A DNA stretch of 64,000 nucleotides from Octopus bimaculoides (GCF_001194135.2 NC_068986.1:5067376-5131375); one strand, 5' to 3'. Shown: positions 12,575-24,373, counted from the first letter of the stretch. Made by a program: numbers and translations. Notes: generated from the letters alone by a model not told the origin.

Positions 12575-12862
12575 AGTGGTTAAAGCATCAGGCTCACAAT
12601 CATGAGGCTGTGTGTTGTGTTCTTGAGCAAGACACTTCATTTCACATTGCTCCAGTTCACTCAGCTGTAGAAATGAGTTGCAATGTCAGTAGTGCCAAGC
12701 TGTATCAGCCTTTGCTTTGGATAACATTGGTGGTGTGGAGAGGAGGGGCTGGAATGCATGGGCGACTGCTGGTCTTCCACAAACAACCTTGCTTGGACTT
12801 GTGCCTCAGAGGGGAACTTTCTAGGCGCAACCACATGGTCATTCATGAGTGAAGGGGGTCCT
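12575..12862 (+). mobile_element. SINE, same family as 1593-1878
   Basis: Internal alignment with the reverse complement of 1593-1878. Confidence 0.8.
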
Positions 12863-12893
12863 CTATATATGCACATAGACACGTGTGTGTGTA

Positions 12894-12925
<32 letters not shown>

Positions 12926-13049
12926 GGTGCGTGTGAGTGTGCGTGTGCATGCAAGTGTGTGTGCATGTAAGAGTGTGCGTGTGTGTGTGTGTGTGCGCGC
13001 GTGCGTGCGTGTGCATACAATTGAAAGGTTCCTTTGTATCTATCTTTCA

Positions 13050-13235
13050 CCAATTGACAACATGTGTTGGTTTGTTTGTTTATGTCCCTGTAGCTTAGCA
13101 AATCAGCAAAAGAGACACTGATTGAATAAGAACCAGACTTATAATTAAGTACTGTGGTTGATTTTGATTGATGACACTATTCATGGAAGTGCTCCAGTAT
13201 AGCCACAGTGAAATGACTGAAACAAGTAAAAAAGT
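13050..13235 (+). mobile_element. Diverged 3' half of the same SINE family as 12045
   Basis: ...GTGCTCCAGTATAGCCACAGTGAAATGACTGAAACAAGTAAA end. Confidence 0.7.
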
Positions 13236-13312
13236 AAACAAAATAGACACAACAAAAAAATACAAATAATAAAAATTACAGAATGATTGACTACCTTCAT
13301 TTGAAATATAAT

Positions 13313-13360
13313 TTATGTTGACTGCTTTTGATCTTTATGATCTGGAACAAGTTGTATATT
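13313..13360 (-). CDS. PIGA: PIGA coding exon 12 (terminal): NIQLVPDHKDQKQST*
   Basis: Strong acceptor TTTTCAAATTTAATTTCAG, phase 0; PDE-NIQLVPD aligns with the recalled PDS-IIDVAID / xIxxAPD motif after the TM helix; alternative acceptors exist. Confidence 0.7.
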   Translation of the reverse strand, partial: NIQLVPDHKDQKQST

Positions 13361-13552
13361 CTGAAATTAAATTTGAAAATATAACTGTCAAAAGAACTAT
13401 AAACTATTTGACTTTATTAACTTGATGTCTCATATTTATACACAGAATTCGAAGAGCAGTATCAGTAACCTTCACAGGTCCTCTGAGATTGGTAAAATCA
13501 ATGCAGAGGTCATGATACTTTGATCTGTTCTTAAATGTCTATGAGATGAAAG

Positions 13553-13760
13553 TTACCCATCCTTATGTGCAAGTGCTTTATCTAATGCCCATGATATTCT
13601 AATGACTTCTCCTTTGTCTCTCCATTTCCAAATGTACTTTGATAGTGTTGTGGTGTTTCCAAAGTGGTGATTGCAGAACAAGCTATTGTGCAAGTACAAG
13701 CAACTCTTGAAGGAGTTTTCTGTAAGCACAATATAATTTGATAGCAGAGAGACCAATCTG
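13553..13760 (-). mobile_element. Penelope-like element relic, GIY-YIG endonuclease C-terminal part
   Basis: Translates ...NTTTLSKYIWKWRDKGEVIRISWALDKA, resembling the recalled PLE motif ST.LSKYIW.LKD....I.W.I..KA. Confidence 0.6.
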
Positions 13761-13889
13761 AAGTATAATGTATAATAACTGCCAATGGTATACAATATGT
13801 TTTAAGGCAGTAACTAGATAGCATTGTATCAGTTATATGACTGAGTTGTGCTGTAATATTTGGCAGCTCTAATGAAGGTAGCTTCATTA

Positions 13890-14385
13890 GAGTATAAATC
13901 CATTTTCCATGCTAACATGGGTTAGACGGTTTGACATGGAACTGTCCAAACTACAATTGTCCATTGTGGCATGGTGTCTACAGCTGCATACCCTTCCTAA
14001 CAGCAACCACTTAACTGAGCATGCTGGGTGCTTTTTACATGCCACCAGTACAGGTGTGTTTATGCACCAGCATGGGTGCATTTTATGTGGCACCAGCACC
14101 TGAAAGTAGAAGCCTGTATGTATGAAAGACAGTGCTTTTACTTAGCTTGATGCATCTTCTCAAGTACAGCAAATCAACACAACTCCCAGTCCCTTGTCAT
14201 TTCCTCAGCGAGGCTCAGTGTCCAAAGATCCTTTCTCACCACTTCATCTCACGTTTTCCTGAGTCTACCACTTCCACAGATTCCCTCCACAATTAGAGCT
14301 TGACACATTTTTATGCAATTGTCCTCATCTATGTGCATCATGTGACCAAACCAACACAGTCTTCTCTCTTACACACAACTGATGC
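13890..14385 (-). mobile_element. RTE LINE 3' end and tail, decayed
   Basis: Similar to 28960-29300 and to the reverse complement of 44700-44945. Confidence 0.65.
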
Positions 14386-14935
14386 CTCTTATACTCTTTT
14401 TTTTTTTTTGCTGACACTCAATGGGACATTCTTCATAATATTTGGTGACTGGATTATAAGCAAGTGACCCAAATCCCATTATTTGTCTTTCTTTCTTTCT
14501 CTATCCCATTCTTCTTCATTTGAAACACAACTACTTGAATGTATTAGTTGAATTAATTGACAACCAATTGTTCTTTTACTCTATATTAATGACATTCCAG
14601 GCTGTCTATAGATATAGGGCAAATATGAAATTTGAAATATTAAATGCATAAATAGCATAGAATTTCAAGTCACTTGCTTATAATGATAATTTGGAAAAAA
14701 ATTTACATCACTTCTTCTCTTACACCAAAAATGGATGATTTACAAAAAGAAAAATTACATCATTTCCTCTCTTACATGAAAAATGGATGAACCAATCAAT
14801 CGATGATACTGAAGAATAAAAATGTGTCTACCACTTCATTCACACAACAAAGGTTGTAGCATGATGTATTCACAATTGGTGATGCTGAAACCAACATGAG
14901 AAGACCTTATGTACATACATCACTTGTTGTTTTGG

Positions 14936-14973
<38 letters not shown>

Positions 14974-15059
14974 TGCACACACACTAAATGGACAAACGAA
15001 CAATTACTGTTTAACTACTTTTTAAAATATCTAATATTTGCTTTAAACCAAACACTTAC

Positions 15060-15159
15060 CTCATCTGGATAGAACCACCTTAAGTAAGACAAAAATATAA
15101 TATCAATGATGGTAACTATGACAAGGAGTTTGCCAACCAGTTTTCCTGTGTTGTAGTAC
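15060..15159 (-). CDS. PIGA: PIGA coding exon 11 (transmembrane helix): YYNTGKLVGKLLVIVTIIDIIFLSYLRWFYPDE
   Basis: AG/GT flanks, phase 2 to 0, matches the PIGA TM segment and LRW..PD. Confidence 0.9.
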
Positions 15160-16026
15160 CTTTGAAAAAGAATGATAATGTATTAATATTATTTGTTATT
15201 TACTGTGATGTTGATTAATACATCATATGAAATAGTCTGTGACAGTAAGAATGATTTTGCTTCCATTTCACACAATTAAATTGATAGTATTTATTTTATC
15301 AGCTTGTGAAAGATTAACATACAAAAGTGATACAGGGGAGTAAACTCCAAAAATCTTTTAAGTCCCATCAGCATCAAACAATGATCCTATGTAATGCATA
15401 TAATAGTAATTAACCCAATCATAGCTGAAAACAGTTATCATATTCTTCACAAACTTTTGCAAGAAAGGGTACCAAGATGTTAAACATTTGCTTTAAGAAT
15501 TCATGAAAATATTCATATTTGGAGAACCAGTGGGTGGCAAAGGGGCAGAGTTATGAGTGTCAGATAAAACACCTCACAGTATTTGTTCAGTCTGCTCTCT
15601 AAGTTCAAATCCTGTCAAAATCAACTTTGCCTTTCTTTCATTTTTTCATGGTCAATGAAAAAGCACCGTCTTTCATCTTTCAGGATCAATGAAGAAAAAG
15701 CAACAATTTACGATGATGGACTGGAGAAACTAAGAACGTCAGACTAGATGCCATGCAGTATGTTCTGAGTTCAAATCCCACCATGGTCTACTTGGGTGGT
15801 AGACTTTATCCATCAATCAGTTTGGTTACCACCACCTGGTGCCCTTAGTAGGGTCCACTTTGTAGCAAGCATTTAGGTCAGTTTGAAGATATCTTCGCCC
15901 CTTTTTCCCACCAGTCTTGGAAGCCCTGTAATGTTATAAATACTGCCTTACTTTCTGATTAAAAGGTAAAAAGAAAAAAATGAAAAAAGAAAAAACAGAT
16001 ATTCATGGTTGAAAGGTAATACCTAC

Positions 16027-16210
16027 TTCTTTAATCGTTCTGTTATTTCTCTAGATGGCATCAACATTACATTTTTGTAAACCTTTTCAGTTCGTTGAGC
16101 TACAGAACGCCAGTTATACATCTCTTTGATACGCTGGTGCCTCTCAAATGGATCACAAACTTCTCCTTTTGCATGAAGAGAAATAGCTTTATCCAAGCCC
16201 TGTACAAGAG
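16027..16210 (-). CDS. PIGA: PIGA coding exon 10: LVQGLDKAI...MYNWRSVAQRTEKVY...ERLK
   Basis: Matches YTWRNVAERTEKVY; AG/GT; phase consistent. Confidence 0.95.
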
Positions 16211-16884
16211 CTAAAAATATAGAACTTATTTTTAAAAAAACTATCATTTACATAAGAATTACAATAGTAAAAATCAGTTTATGACTTGTTAGATTTTTGA
16301 TCTTTGTTTCTCTCAAATTACCACATTGTGATATCTCACTATGAAAATTAAACAAGACAGGGACATTTGTAATTGGAATTTAGAGAATGCCAAAAACTGA
16401 TTTCAAAAATTCAAATCTATAAAATTTTATAGTTGCTGTGAGGTTAAGATCATAAGTTCAATCTTAATGCATGCCTTTAAAAGGCGTATTAATCTACCTC
16501 AACAGTCAAATACTTGATTCAATCATTTGTAATCTACTTATCCACCATTAGCATCAACTTTACATTTGCTTTTTCCATGCTTTCCTGGATTGGACCCTGA
16601 AAGCATTGAGACAGTGTTCTATAACTGGATGGCCTTCCTGACACCAACCCTTTATTGTTTTTCAAATAAGGAATTTTTATTTTGCTGGCCTTCAAATACA
16701 TTGAAAATTGCTGCGCTTTGAGACATATATTTTACAAATGACAACATAAGCACCATCATTGCTATTTCTCACATAGTGACAATGTGAAGACCCACAGAAA
16801 TACTCCTATGTATGCATGTGTACATACACACACACATATATATATATAAAGTCCTAATAAGTAGAAAGGTAGACAAACCATAAA

Positions 16885-17320
16885 CCCCTTCAGGTAGGTG
16901 GCCCTGCTCGATCTGTAGAAAAGGTGTAGGTAGAAACTCCTATAAGATGCACACAGTGTAAGCTATGGACACATAAGAGGTGCAGCAATATCAAAGGAAG
17001 GCTAACTAGCAAGATAGTTTTTGTATGTGGCAGATGCTCAGGAGCAATAAACACTGAAAATGTGCAGAGAACAACTTCTGCCACATTCCAGGGAGAAAAA
17101 CTAGAAGTAGTTGATAGCTTCTGTTACCTAGGTGGCCAAGTCAGTAGCGGGGGAGGGTGTGCTGAAAGTGTAGCTGCTTGAATAAGAATAGCCTGGGCAA
17201 AGTTCAGAGAGCTCTTACCTCTGCTGGTGACAAGGGGCTTCTCGCTCAGAGTAAAAGGCAGATTGTGTGACGCATGTGTACAAACAGCCATGTTACATGG
17301 CAGTGAAATATGGATTGTAA
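16885..17320 (+). mobile_element. RTE LINE fragment: PHD-like finger plus RT thumb
   Basis: WPCSICRKGVGRNS/IRCTQCKLWTHKRC...CGRC...LEVVDSFCYLG...AWAKFRELLPLL; homologous to 44200-44580. Confidence 0.85.
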
Positions 17321-17701
17321 TAATGAAATAAGCAGATGTGCTTCAAGAAGAAATGGTTGGGATTTACCCTAATTACCTCTATAATATTAAACACCCACAC
17401 ACATATTCAAGGGGCTTCCTTATAGTTTCTATCCACTAAAATTCATTCACAAGACATTGTGTCACACATTGAGATGAGACCTGAAGCCATATGATTGAAA
17501 AGCAAATTTCTTAATCAAACTAACAAGTAAAATGATAAAGATGATTTGAAAAAAATATATAAGCAAAAAACGAAAATTAACTCTACTTTAATCTTAACAA
17601 AAGTCTATACTTAAATATTTGTTTTAAGAGTGTGAGGATAAAGTGATTCTATTAAATTAAATTTATACATTTTACCCAAGGTATTCATTTCAGTATCTTA
17701 C

Positions 17702-17787
17702 CTGGAACATTAGGTTCAGCCAGTATGATAAGGTCGTCTGGAAGTACTTCAGGAACTCCACCAACTTTGGTACTCACAACCTGAAGT
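17702..17787 (-). CDS. PIGA: PIGA coding exon 9: [28 protein letters not shown]
   Basis: Near-identical to LQVVSTRVGGIPEVLP; AG/GT. Confidence 0.97.
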
Positions 17788-18428
17788 CTAAAAGTGAAAG
17801 TAGAAAACATAATAGATAATGATAGCTGTCACTGTAATAGATTAAGAGAGAAACAGAAAGAAGAGTGATCCTTATTACAAGAATGAGGAGAGTGAAATAT
17901 TTGGGGTTGTAAGACAATTGTGTTAAGATGAAGGAATGTATACTATATTATTAGCATTGAAAAGAAAGCGACATACAAATGTCATTATAAGGGCTTGCAA
18001 AACAAGGATTATGAATTGCAGAAAAGAAGCTAGATTTAAAGATCAAAGATGAGATTAGATCAATTAAGGCAGGCTAAGTTCAAGCTTAGTTTTTGAGGAA
18101 GGCTTTAGGATAGGTTATATTGAACTAATCTTTTGCGGAGTCTGATTACTAATATGAAAGCTAGATGCAGAGAAATGGCTTATTAGAATTGTGAAGTGTC
18201 ATACTGTATGCGTAAACTCCCATGAAACAAGTTTGATTTCCAGTATAACTATTTCTCTAACACTGCTATGTCCTCGAGAAATACAAGAATGTCATAATTC
18301 CTGCAGTCAAGAGAACTAACTACAAGCTGATAGATACTTTTGATAGCAAAAAGGTGGCCAATTGACTTTATCCTGTTCAGGCCAGATATGAGCAAAGATT
18401 AGCTGTGAGTTCTGTGAAGAATCATGCG

Positions 18429-18706
18429 TAAAGGTACATATCTATCAGGGTTCTACCTTTATGTCTTTGCTTTTCTATCTAGGCCTTCACAATCACAAAA
18501 TGACTGAGTACTCATGAGAACTGCAAAAGAAGGTTAAAACTTGCAATAGTGAGTCTGAATAAAAAAAAACCCACAAGTGGGACTGTGCAAGAAAATAATA
18601 TTCAGTAGATACTATATAGTGGCCTTGTATTTACTGATTACACAGGAAGGGAATAGATGTACAGCATGAGTAAATGATTTACATAGGCAGTTATGAACTT
18701 GAGGCC
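18429..18706. repeat. Unclassified ~300-bp repeat, copy B (inverted relative to 9374-9680)
   Basis: Reverse-complement alignment with copy A. Confidence 0.85.
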
Positions 18707-19587
18707 AAGGACTATTCAGTTAGCGAGTAAAAAATAGGTGATATAATTTATATTGAAGATAAAGCTAATGATCTTACAGTGGCTACAAGTGAAACTGTTT
18801 GTCTTTAACTCAGAGGCTTATTAAGGCTGGAGCTAACCTGGTTCCCAAGATATTTAAGCAACTGATGTACAAGACTCTGCCCTTAAACAAGATACCAATC
18901 CACTGTAGTATTAACCATCAGCTGCCAACAGAACTCAATGTCAGTTGAATAAAGTGGAGCAACATGAAGTGAAGTAGCATGCTCAAGGATACAACATAAC
19001 ATCCAGTTCAGGTATTGAACCCACGTTTTAATGAGTGTGAGCCCATTACCCCTAACTAAGCTACATGCCTTTACTTAGAAGTTAAAAAATGTTATAATAT
19101 ATATCAAAGGTAAACTTAATGATATTACAGTAGTTAGAGCTAAAAAAAGTAAAAGTCTTGTTTTTGTTTTTTTTAAAGGCTTAGTCAATTAGTCAGAGGG
19201 TGAAAAATAACACCTATGACATTTTTCAAGGGGTCTGATATTGATAGGAGAAAAGGAAACTTATACTGAATGGAGATCTGGCTTGGATACTTGCAATAGC
19301 AGAGTGGATTCCAAGAGGCATCTAACTAGTTAATAGTATTAAACTTAAGTTTAAAGAAAGGTCACTTCTATTGACAACAATGAATTTATCATTAAGATAG
19401 ATTATATGGCATAGATGTAAGTATTGTGGTATCCCCTTTAGTACTGAAATATGAGTTGTGAATGTCAAGGACCAACCTAATAGTGATGGGAGATGATTTT
19501 GAATGTAAGGTTGTGCAATGTTAACTTAAGACAAAAATTAAGCACAAGTATATTTAGAAAGCAACTGGAGAGCAAACTTTAGTTTAA

Positions 19588-19807
19588 CCCTTTAGAATTC
19601 AGATTTCTTTGTCAAATGTATTGCTTATTTATTCACGTTGTTTTGAATTAATCTTGCATTATCTCACAGCTTTGAGATTTTGATGATGTAATTGTTTATT
19701 TTTAGAATGATATTGTCTGCTAAGTGTGAGAGGCTGGATCTGGCCAGTTTAAACATAAAACAAGTAGAATATTTGGGCTGGATAAGGCCAGTTTGAATGT
19801 TAAAGAG
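19588..19807. mobile_element. piggyBac-like MITE (family 2)
   Basis: TTAA|CCCTTTAGAATTCA ... TGAATGTTAAAGAG|CTAA; related to 41908-42124. Confidence 0.65.
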
Positions 19808-20143
19808 CTAATATAGACAAGAAAAATGGCAGGTGAAAAATTGCCATGAGTTAACAATGCAAACTATTTTTACAGCAAGAGTAAATGGAGAAAGAATAAA
19901 GACTGATTATCAAAGATCCATTTGAAAACACTAGACTTTATAGCTGAGATGATGTAGCATCAATGAATGGTGAGCAATGCTATCAAAATCAACTAACAAT
20001 TAAACATACGCAGCAGAAATATAACTTTTCTTTCATCTCTTCTTTCATTTCAATCACGTAGTTATGGCCATGCTGGGATCAACTTGTGTCAAGTCATATA
20101 CTTCAGAGACAAAATTTCTGGTGTGAAATCAAATATAACTTAC

Positions 20144-20226
20144 CCACATGAGGCAGCCTCAACCATTGCTATACAGAAAGCTTCAGTTAGTGAAGTGTTT
20201 AACAAAATGTCTCCTTTAACAAGAAC
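20144..20226 (-). CDS. PIGA: PIGA coding exon 8: VLVKGDILLNTSLTEAFCIAMVEAASCG
   Basis: GT4 EX7E motif (EAFCIAMVE); AG/GT. Confidence 0.97.
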
Positions 20227-20440
20227 CTATAAGTCAAATGATTGTCATTTAATTTCATGATAAATATTGTTTTCTTTTATAATGTTTAGGGAGTTGCAAG
20301 TGACCCAAATCAAATTTTTTAAAAATAGCTACAAATGATCTGTGAATGCAGTTATAAATGTACAGCTTACTCTTTTACTTGTTTCAGTCATTTGACTGTG
20401 GCCATGCTGGAGCACCGCCTTCAGTCAAGCAAATCGACCC

Positions 20441-20590
20441 CAAAACTTTATCATAAATCTTTGTAATAAAACTTTATTACAAGGCTTTGTTATAACAAAA
20501 CCTTAACAAAGCCTTGTAATATAAAGTTTTGTTATAAGGCTTTGCTTTGTTATAAGGCTTCATAATGTTGGTTATAAAGCTTTATAAAAT
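20441..20590. repeat. Degenerate TTATAAGGCTT(TG)-type minisatellite; related tracts at 24464-24531 and 25381-25490
   Basis: Direct inspection. Confidence 0.7.
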
Positions 20591-20964
20591 ACACTGGATT
20601 TGTACACTGTAAGAGTAAAGAATACTATGCTAAGATGTGTATGTTCCTGTCATGGTGCCTTGAGCACAGATACCTTTATTCTTAGAGTGTACCCTAATAC
20701 TGGTGCCATAATGAAATACACCCAGTATACCTTGTAAAAGGGTTGGTAACAGGGAAAATATCCAACAATACAAACCAAACCTAAAATGCAATGTACAAAC
20801 AAGACCTGGTCCTCCAACCCATTTATGAAAGCAAAACAAAATAAAAACTGACTAGGATCATGACTATCCATCTAACCCATGCAGGCATGTAAAGCTGACA
20901 TAAAACAACAATAATGATGATACTTTAAAAAAAAAAATCACTGTAAGTAAAATAGCGAACTTAC

Positions 20965-21071
20965 ATCCCTTATTTCAGTGTGTTTCAGAGATCCTAACAT
21001 TGAAACTCTTTCCTGAAGATGATGTGTTTCACAAACTTCTTCCAAAACAATTCGCTTGGGACCTTCACCTC
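20965..21071 (-). CDS. PIGA: PIGA coding exon 7: GEGPKRIVLEEVCETHHLQERVSMLGSLKHTEIRD
   Basis: Matches GGEGPKRIILEEVRERYQL; AG/GT. Confidence 0.97.
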
Positions 21072-21419
21072 CTAGTTTTTAAAATTGAAACTCAGATTTT
21101 ATATATTGCAGCATTTTAACAATTTATCTTCTTAATAATTATTTGTGTAAACTAAAATGTTCATTTTCCTATCATCATGTTTAGTAATTTCTGTATCTTT
21201 TGAAATAGACTGAAAAATAATAACAGAACTAGATATCAGAGATTAAATGAAAAATAGTGGGTTTAGATACATCTGGATGGAGGAGGTAGAGCACTTACAA
21301 CTTCATCTGACTACCTAATGGCTTAGATTGAGTACCTATGATTCAAACAGTACTTACAACTTAGACTTAGTAGATGTGTCTTAAAATAAGTTACCTGTGA
21401 CTAGAGCTGAATATCTAAG

Positions 21420-21565
21420 ATCTGATCCAGCTGTAGAAACTCTGCCAGATCAGATTGGAGCCTGGTGCAGCCTTCTGGCTTGCCAGTCCTCAGTCAAATT
21501 GTTCAACCCATGCTAGCATGGAAAGCGGACGTTAAACGATGGTGATGATGATGATGATGATGATG
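21420..21565 (+). mobile_element. RTE-type 3' tail with (GAT)n
   Basis: CCCATGCTAGCATGGAAAGCGGACGTTAAACGATG(GAT)n. Confidence 0.8.
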
Positions 21566-22723
21566 AACAGAATTACTGTGATTTTTGATTGAATATTTAT
21601 GATTTTAAATGAGTATCTATGACTTGGAATGGGAAACTAAGACTTGGATAGAATAACCATGATTTTCATTGTGTACTTAAGACTTCATGTGAATGCCTTC
21701 ACCAAGAACCTAAGTAAGGTGTGAACTGAATGCCTATGACTTGGACTGAATGATTTAGACTGAGTATCAATGATTAAAACTGAGTGACTATAACTCAATT
21801 ATAACGACCTAATAACAATACATTAAACATTTCATTTTTAGTCTTATCACAAACGATTCTGATTGAGACAGACAGACAGACAGACAGACAGAGCTAGAGA
21901 GAGAGATTCTAGGAAGATTTGTCAATCAAGATGAGTGATTTTATCGATGGTAAAAGCTATTTGTACTATGATCTCTATTTCTAAGTGAAAACTAATGAGC
22001 AAAGACTGTGATACAAGATTGGAGGTATTTTAAATTCTATATAGAATGTGAATAGCAATAAGATATTCAAAACTCAGATGTTCTCAAAACAAACTTTTAT
22101 TTAACCAAATGACTATAGTTTAATTAATTGGAGAGTGTAGATAGATATTTTTGATTGCAAATTTTCAAAAATTTATTACAGAAAACTCAGGGGAATTAAT
22201 TCTAGAAAAATGAAAATGTTTCACTCCATCCAGTTTAACATCATAACCTGACCCAATTCAATAACACCAGCCCTTGATCCTTGGACTGTGAGCCTAACAC
22301 CCTACCTAGTTTTATACCACCACCTTGTTCTTAGGTATCTTTGGCAGGGATCACTGTGTTGCAAGCACTCCAGTCAGTTTCTTTCCCAACCCCGTTTTTC
22401 CTGTACACCTTGGCCTCTTGATGATCGAACTGGGCATCAACTTCATCAATCTCACCAGTTCATAGGTATGGCCTGCAAAGATCACAGACACTGCTCTTCC
22501 TTATCTCACTAATATATGTGGGCAGATGGATGAATGGACAGACAGCCAGAGAGAGAGATATCAAGTGATATATAAAACTCAGCTCCATCCATCAACTTGC
22601 AAAGCTAAAGGGATACAATATGCTCTGCTTGTCACACTCTGCTCCACATAACCAACCACTTCAGGGCAGTGTTTGCAACATTGTCATACTCAGCTTCTGG
22701 AACAGGATTATCTATAATATAGT

Positions 22724-22880
22724 AGGCGCGGGCATGGCTGTGTGGTTAGGAAGCTTGCTTCCCAGCTGCATGGTTTCAGGTTCAGTCCCACCGCGTGGCA
22801 CCTGGGGCAAGTGTCTTCTGCTATAACCCCGGGCTGACCGAAGCCTTGTGATTGAATTTGGTAGGCGGAAGTTACTGCCG
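22724..22880 (+). mobile_element. 5' half of the tRNA-derived SINE (12045 family)
   Basis: GGCATGGCTGTGTGGTTAGGAAG...GGTTCAGTCCC head. Confidence 0.8.
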
Positions 22881-23299
22881 TGTGTGTATACATCTGTGTA
22901 TGTGCTTGTGCCTCTCTCCCAGAGAGTGAGAGGGGGATATCTAAGGTTTACAAATTTCTAATTAATAGAGGTTACTAATGTGTTAAATTGAATTAATCTA
23001 GGAATAAGAAGAATTTCATTCATAAAAAAAATACGGTTAATTTACAGACAAAAATATGCAAATAATTATTTTACAAAATTTAACAATATTAAATTAGAAA
23101 ACATAAATGAATCTGAGTGATTTTGTTTATGAAAACTACTGACATATTTAATGTTGGTTTCACATTTTGGCACAAGGCCAGCAACTTTGGAGAAGTGGTT
23201 AAGTTAATTACATCAACCCCCAGTACTCAACTGGTACTTATTTTATTGAGACTGAAAGGATGAAAGGTAAAGTCATGCTTATGATTCTGCCAGCTGGCA

Positions 23300-23720
23300 G
23301 CCTTATTGACCTGTGAAGCCAAGTGAAACCATAATCATGGCTGATGCTGGTGTCACATAACAGGCACTCATGCCAGTGGCACATAAAAAGCACCCTTCAA
23401 ACGTTGGACCTTTCAGAGATGATAAGTGACCGAGACCTTTTGGTGAAATGCCATGCCTGTGAAGACTTGTCAAACCAAGTGAAATCGCAGTTGTGGCCAA
23501 TACCAGTGTTCAGTAGCTGGTACCCACGCCAGTGGTACACAAAAAAGCACACTCTTGGAATGGTTGGCATTAGGAAGGGCATCCAGCTGTAGAAACCATG
23601 CCAGATCAGATTGGAACCTGGTGCAGCTATCCAGCTAACCAGCTTCAATCAAACTGCCTAACCCATGCTAGCATAGAAAGCAGACACTAAATGATGGTGA
23701 TTATGATGATGATGATGATG
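23300..23720 (+). mobile_element. RTE-type 3' tail element ending 15 bp from the PIGA exon 6 donor
   Basis: GGCATTAGGAAGGGCATCCAGCTGTAGAAA...(GAT)n. Confidence 0.75.
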
Positions 23721-23735
23721 AATAATGCTACTTAC

Positions 23736-23843
23736 CAATAATGAATTGAATATTAGGATAGCGCTTACATATATCTGGGATAATTCCAGCCAAAAGATCC
23801 ATTCCTTTTCTATAAACTAGCCTGCATATTACAACAATGGTAA
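23736..23843 (-). CDS. PIGA: PIGA coding exon 6: [37 protein letters not shown]
   Basis: Matches ITIVVVSRLVYRKGIDLL; AG/GT; phase 1 to 1. Confidence 0.97.
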
Positions 23844-23984
23844 CTGAAAGTAATGGAAACTGATTCAGTATAAATTTACAGGTAACAACAAAATTTCAAT
23901 AAATATTTTTTAGTAGAATGATAAAAATGCATAAATCTACAACTACTCTAATTCCTTTAATTGACAGATACAAATGCTTCATTA

Positions 23985-24373
23985 GCCGCCAAAGATCCTT
24001 GATACATTTTACGGCACCTGTGCCTAGCGTCGCCTTTCTGGCACTTGTGCCCGTGGCATGTGTAATGAACTTTCGAGCGAGATCGTTGCCAGTGCCCCTG
24101 GACTGGCTCTTGTGTGGGTGGCACATAAGATACACCCTTTTGAGCATGGCCGTTGCCAGTACCGCCTGACTGGCCACGTGCGGGTGGCACGTAAAAGCAC
24201 CCACTACACTCTCAGAGTGGTTGGCATTAGGAAGGGCATCCAGCTGTAGAAACTCTGCCAAATCAGATTGGAGCCTGGTGTAGCCATCCGGTTTCATCAG
24301 TAATCAGTCAAATCGTCCAACCCATGCTAGCATGGAAAGTGGACGTTAAATGATGATGATGATGATGATGATG
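23985..24373 (+). mobile_element. Young RTE-type 3' tail element with (GAT)n
   Basis: Close match to the reverse complement of 52430-52757. Confidence 0.85.

Noticed and set aside
14755-14808. Another possible PIGA last exon (YHRLIGSSIFHVREEMM*) with a good acceptor
   Set aside because: No resemblance to the conserved post-TM motif, and it overlaps a local ~55-bp direct repeat
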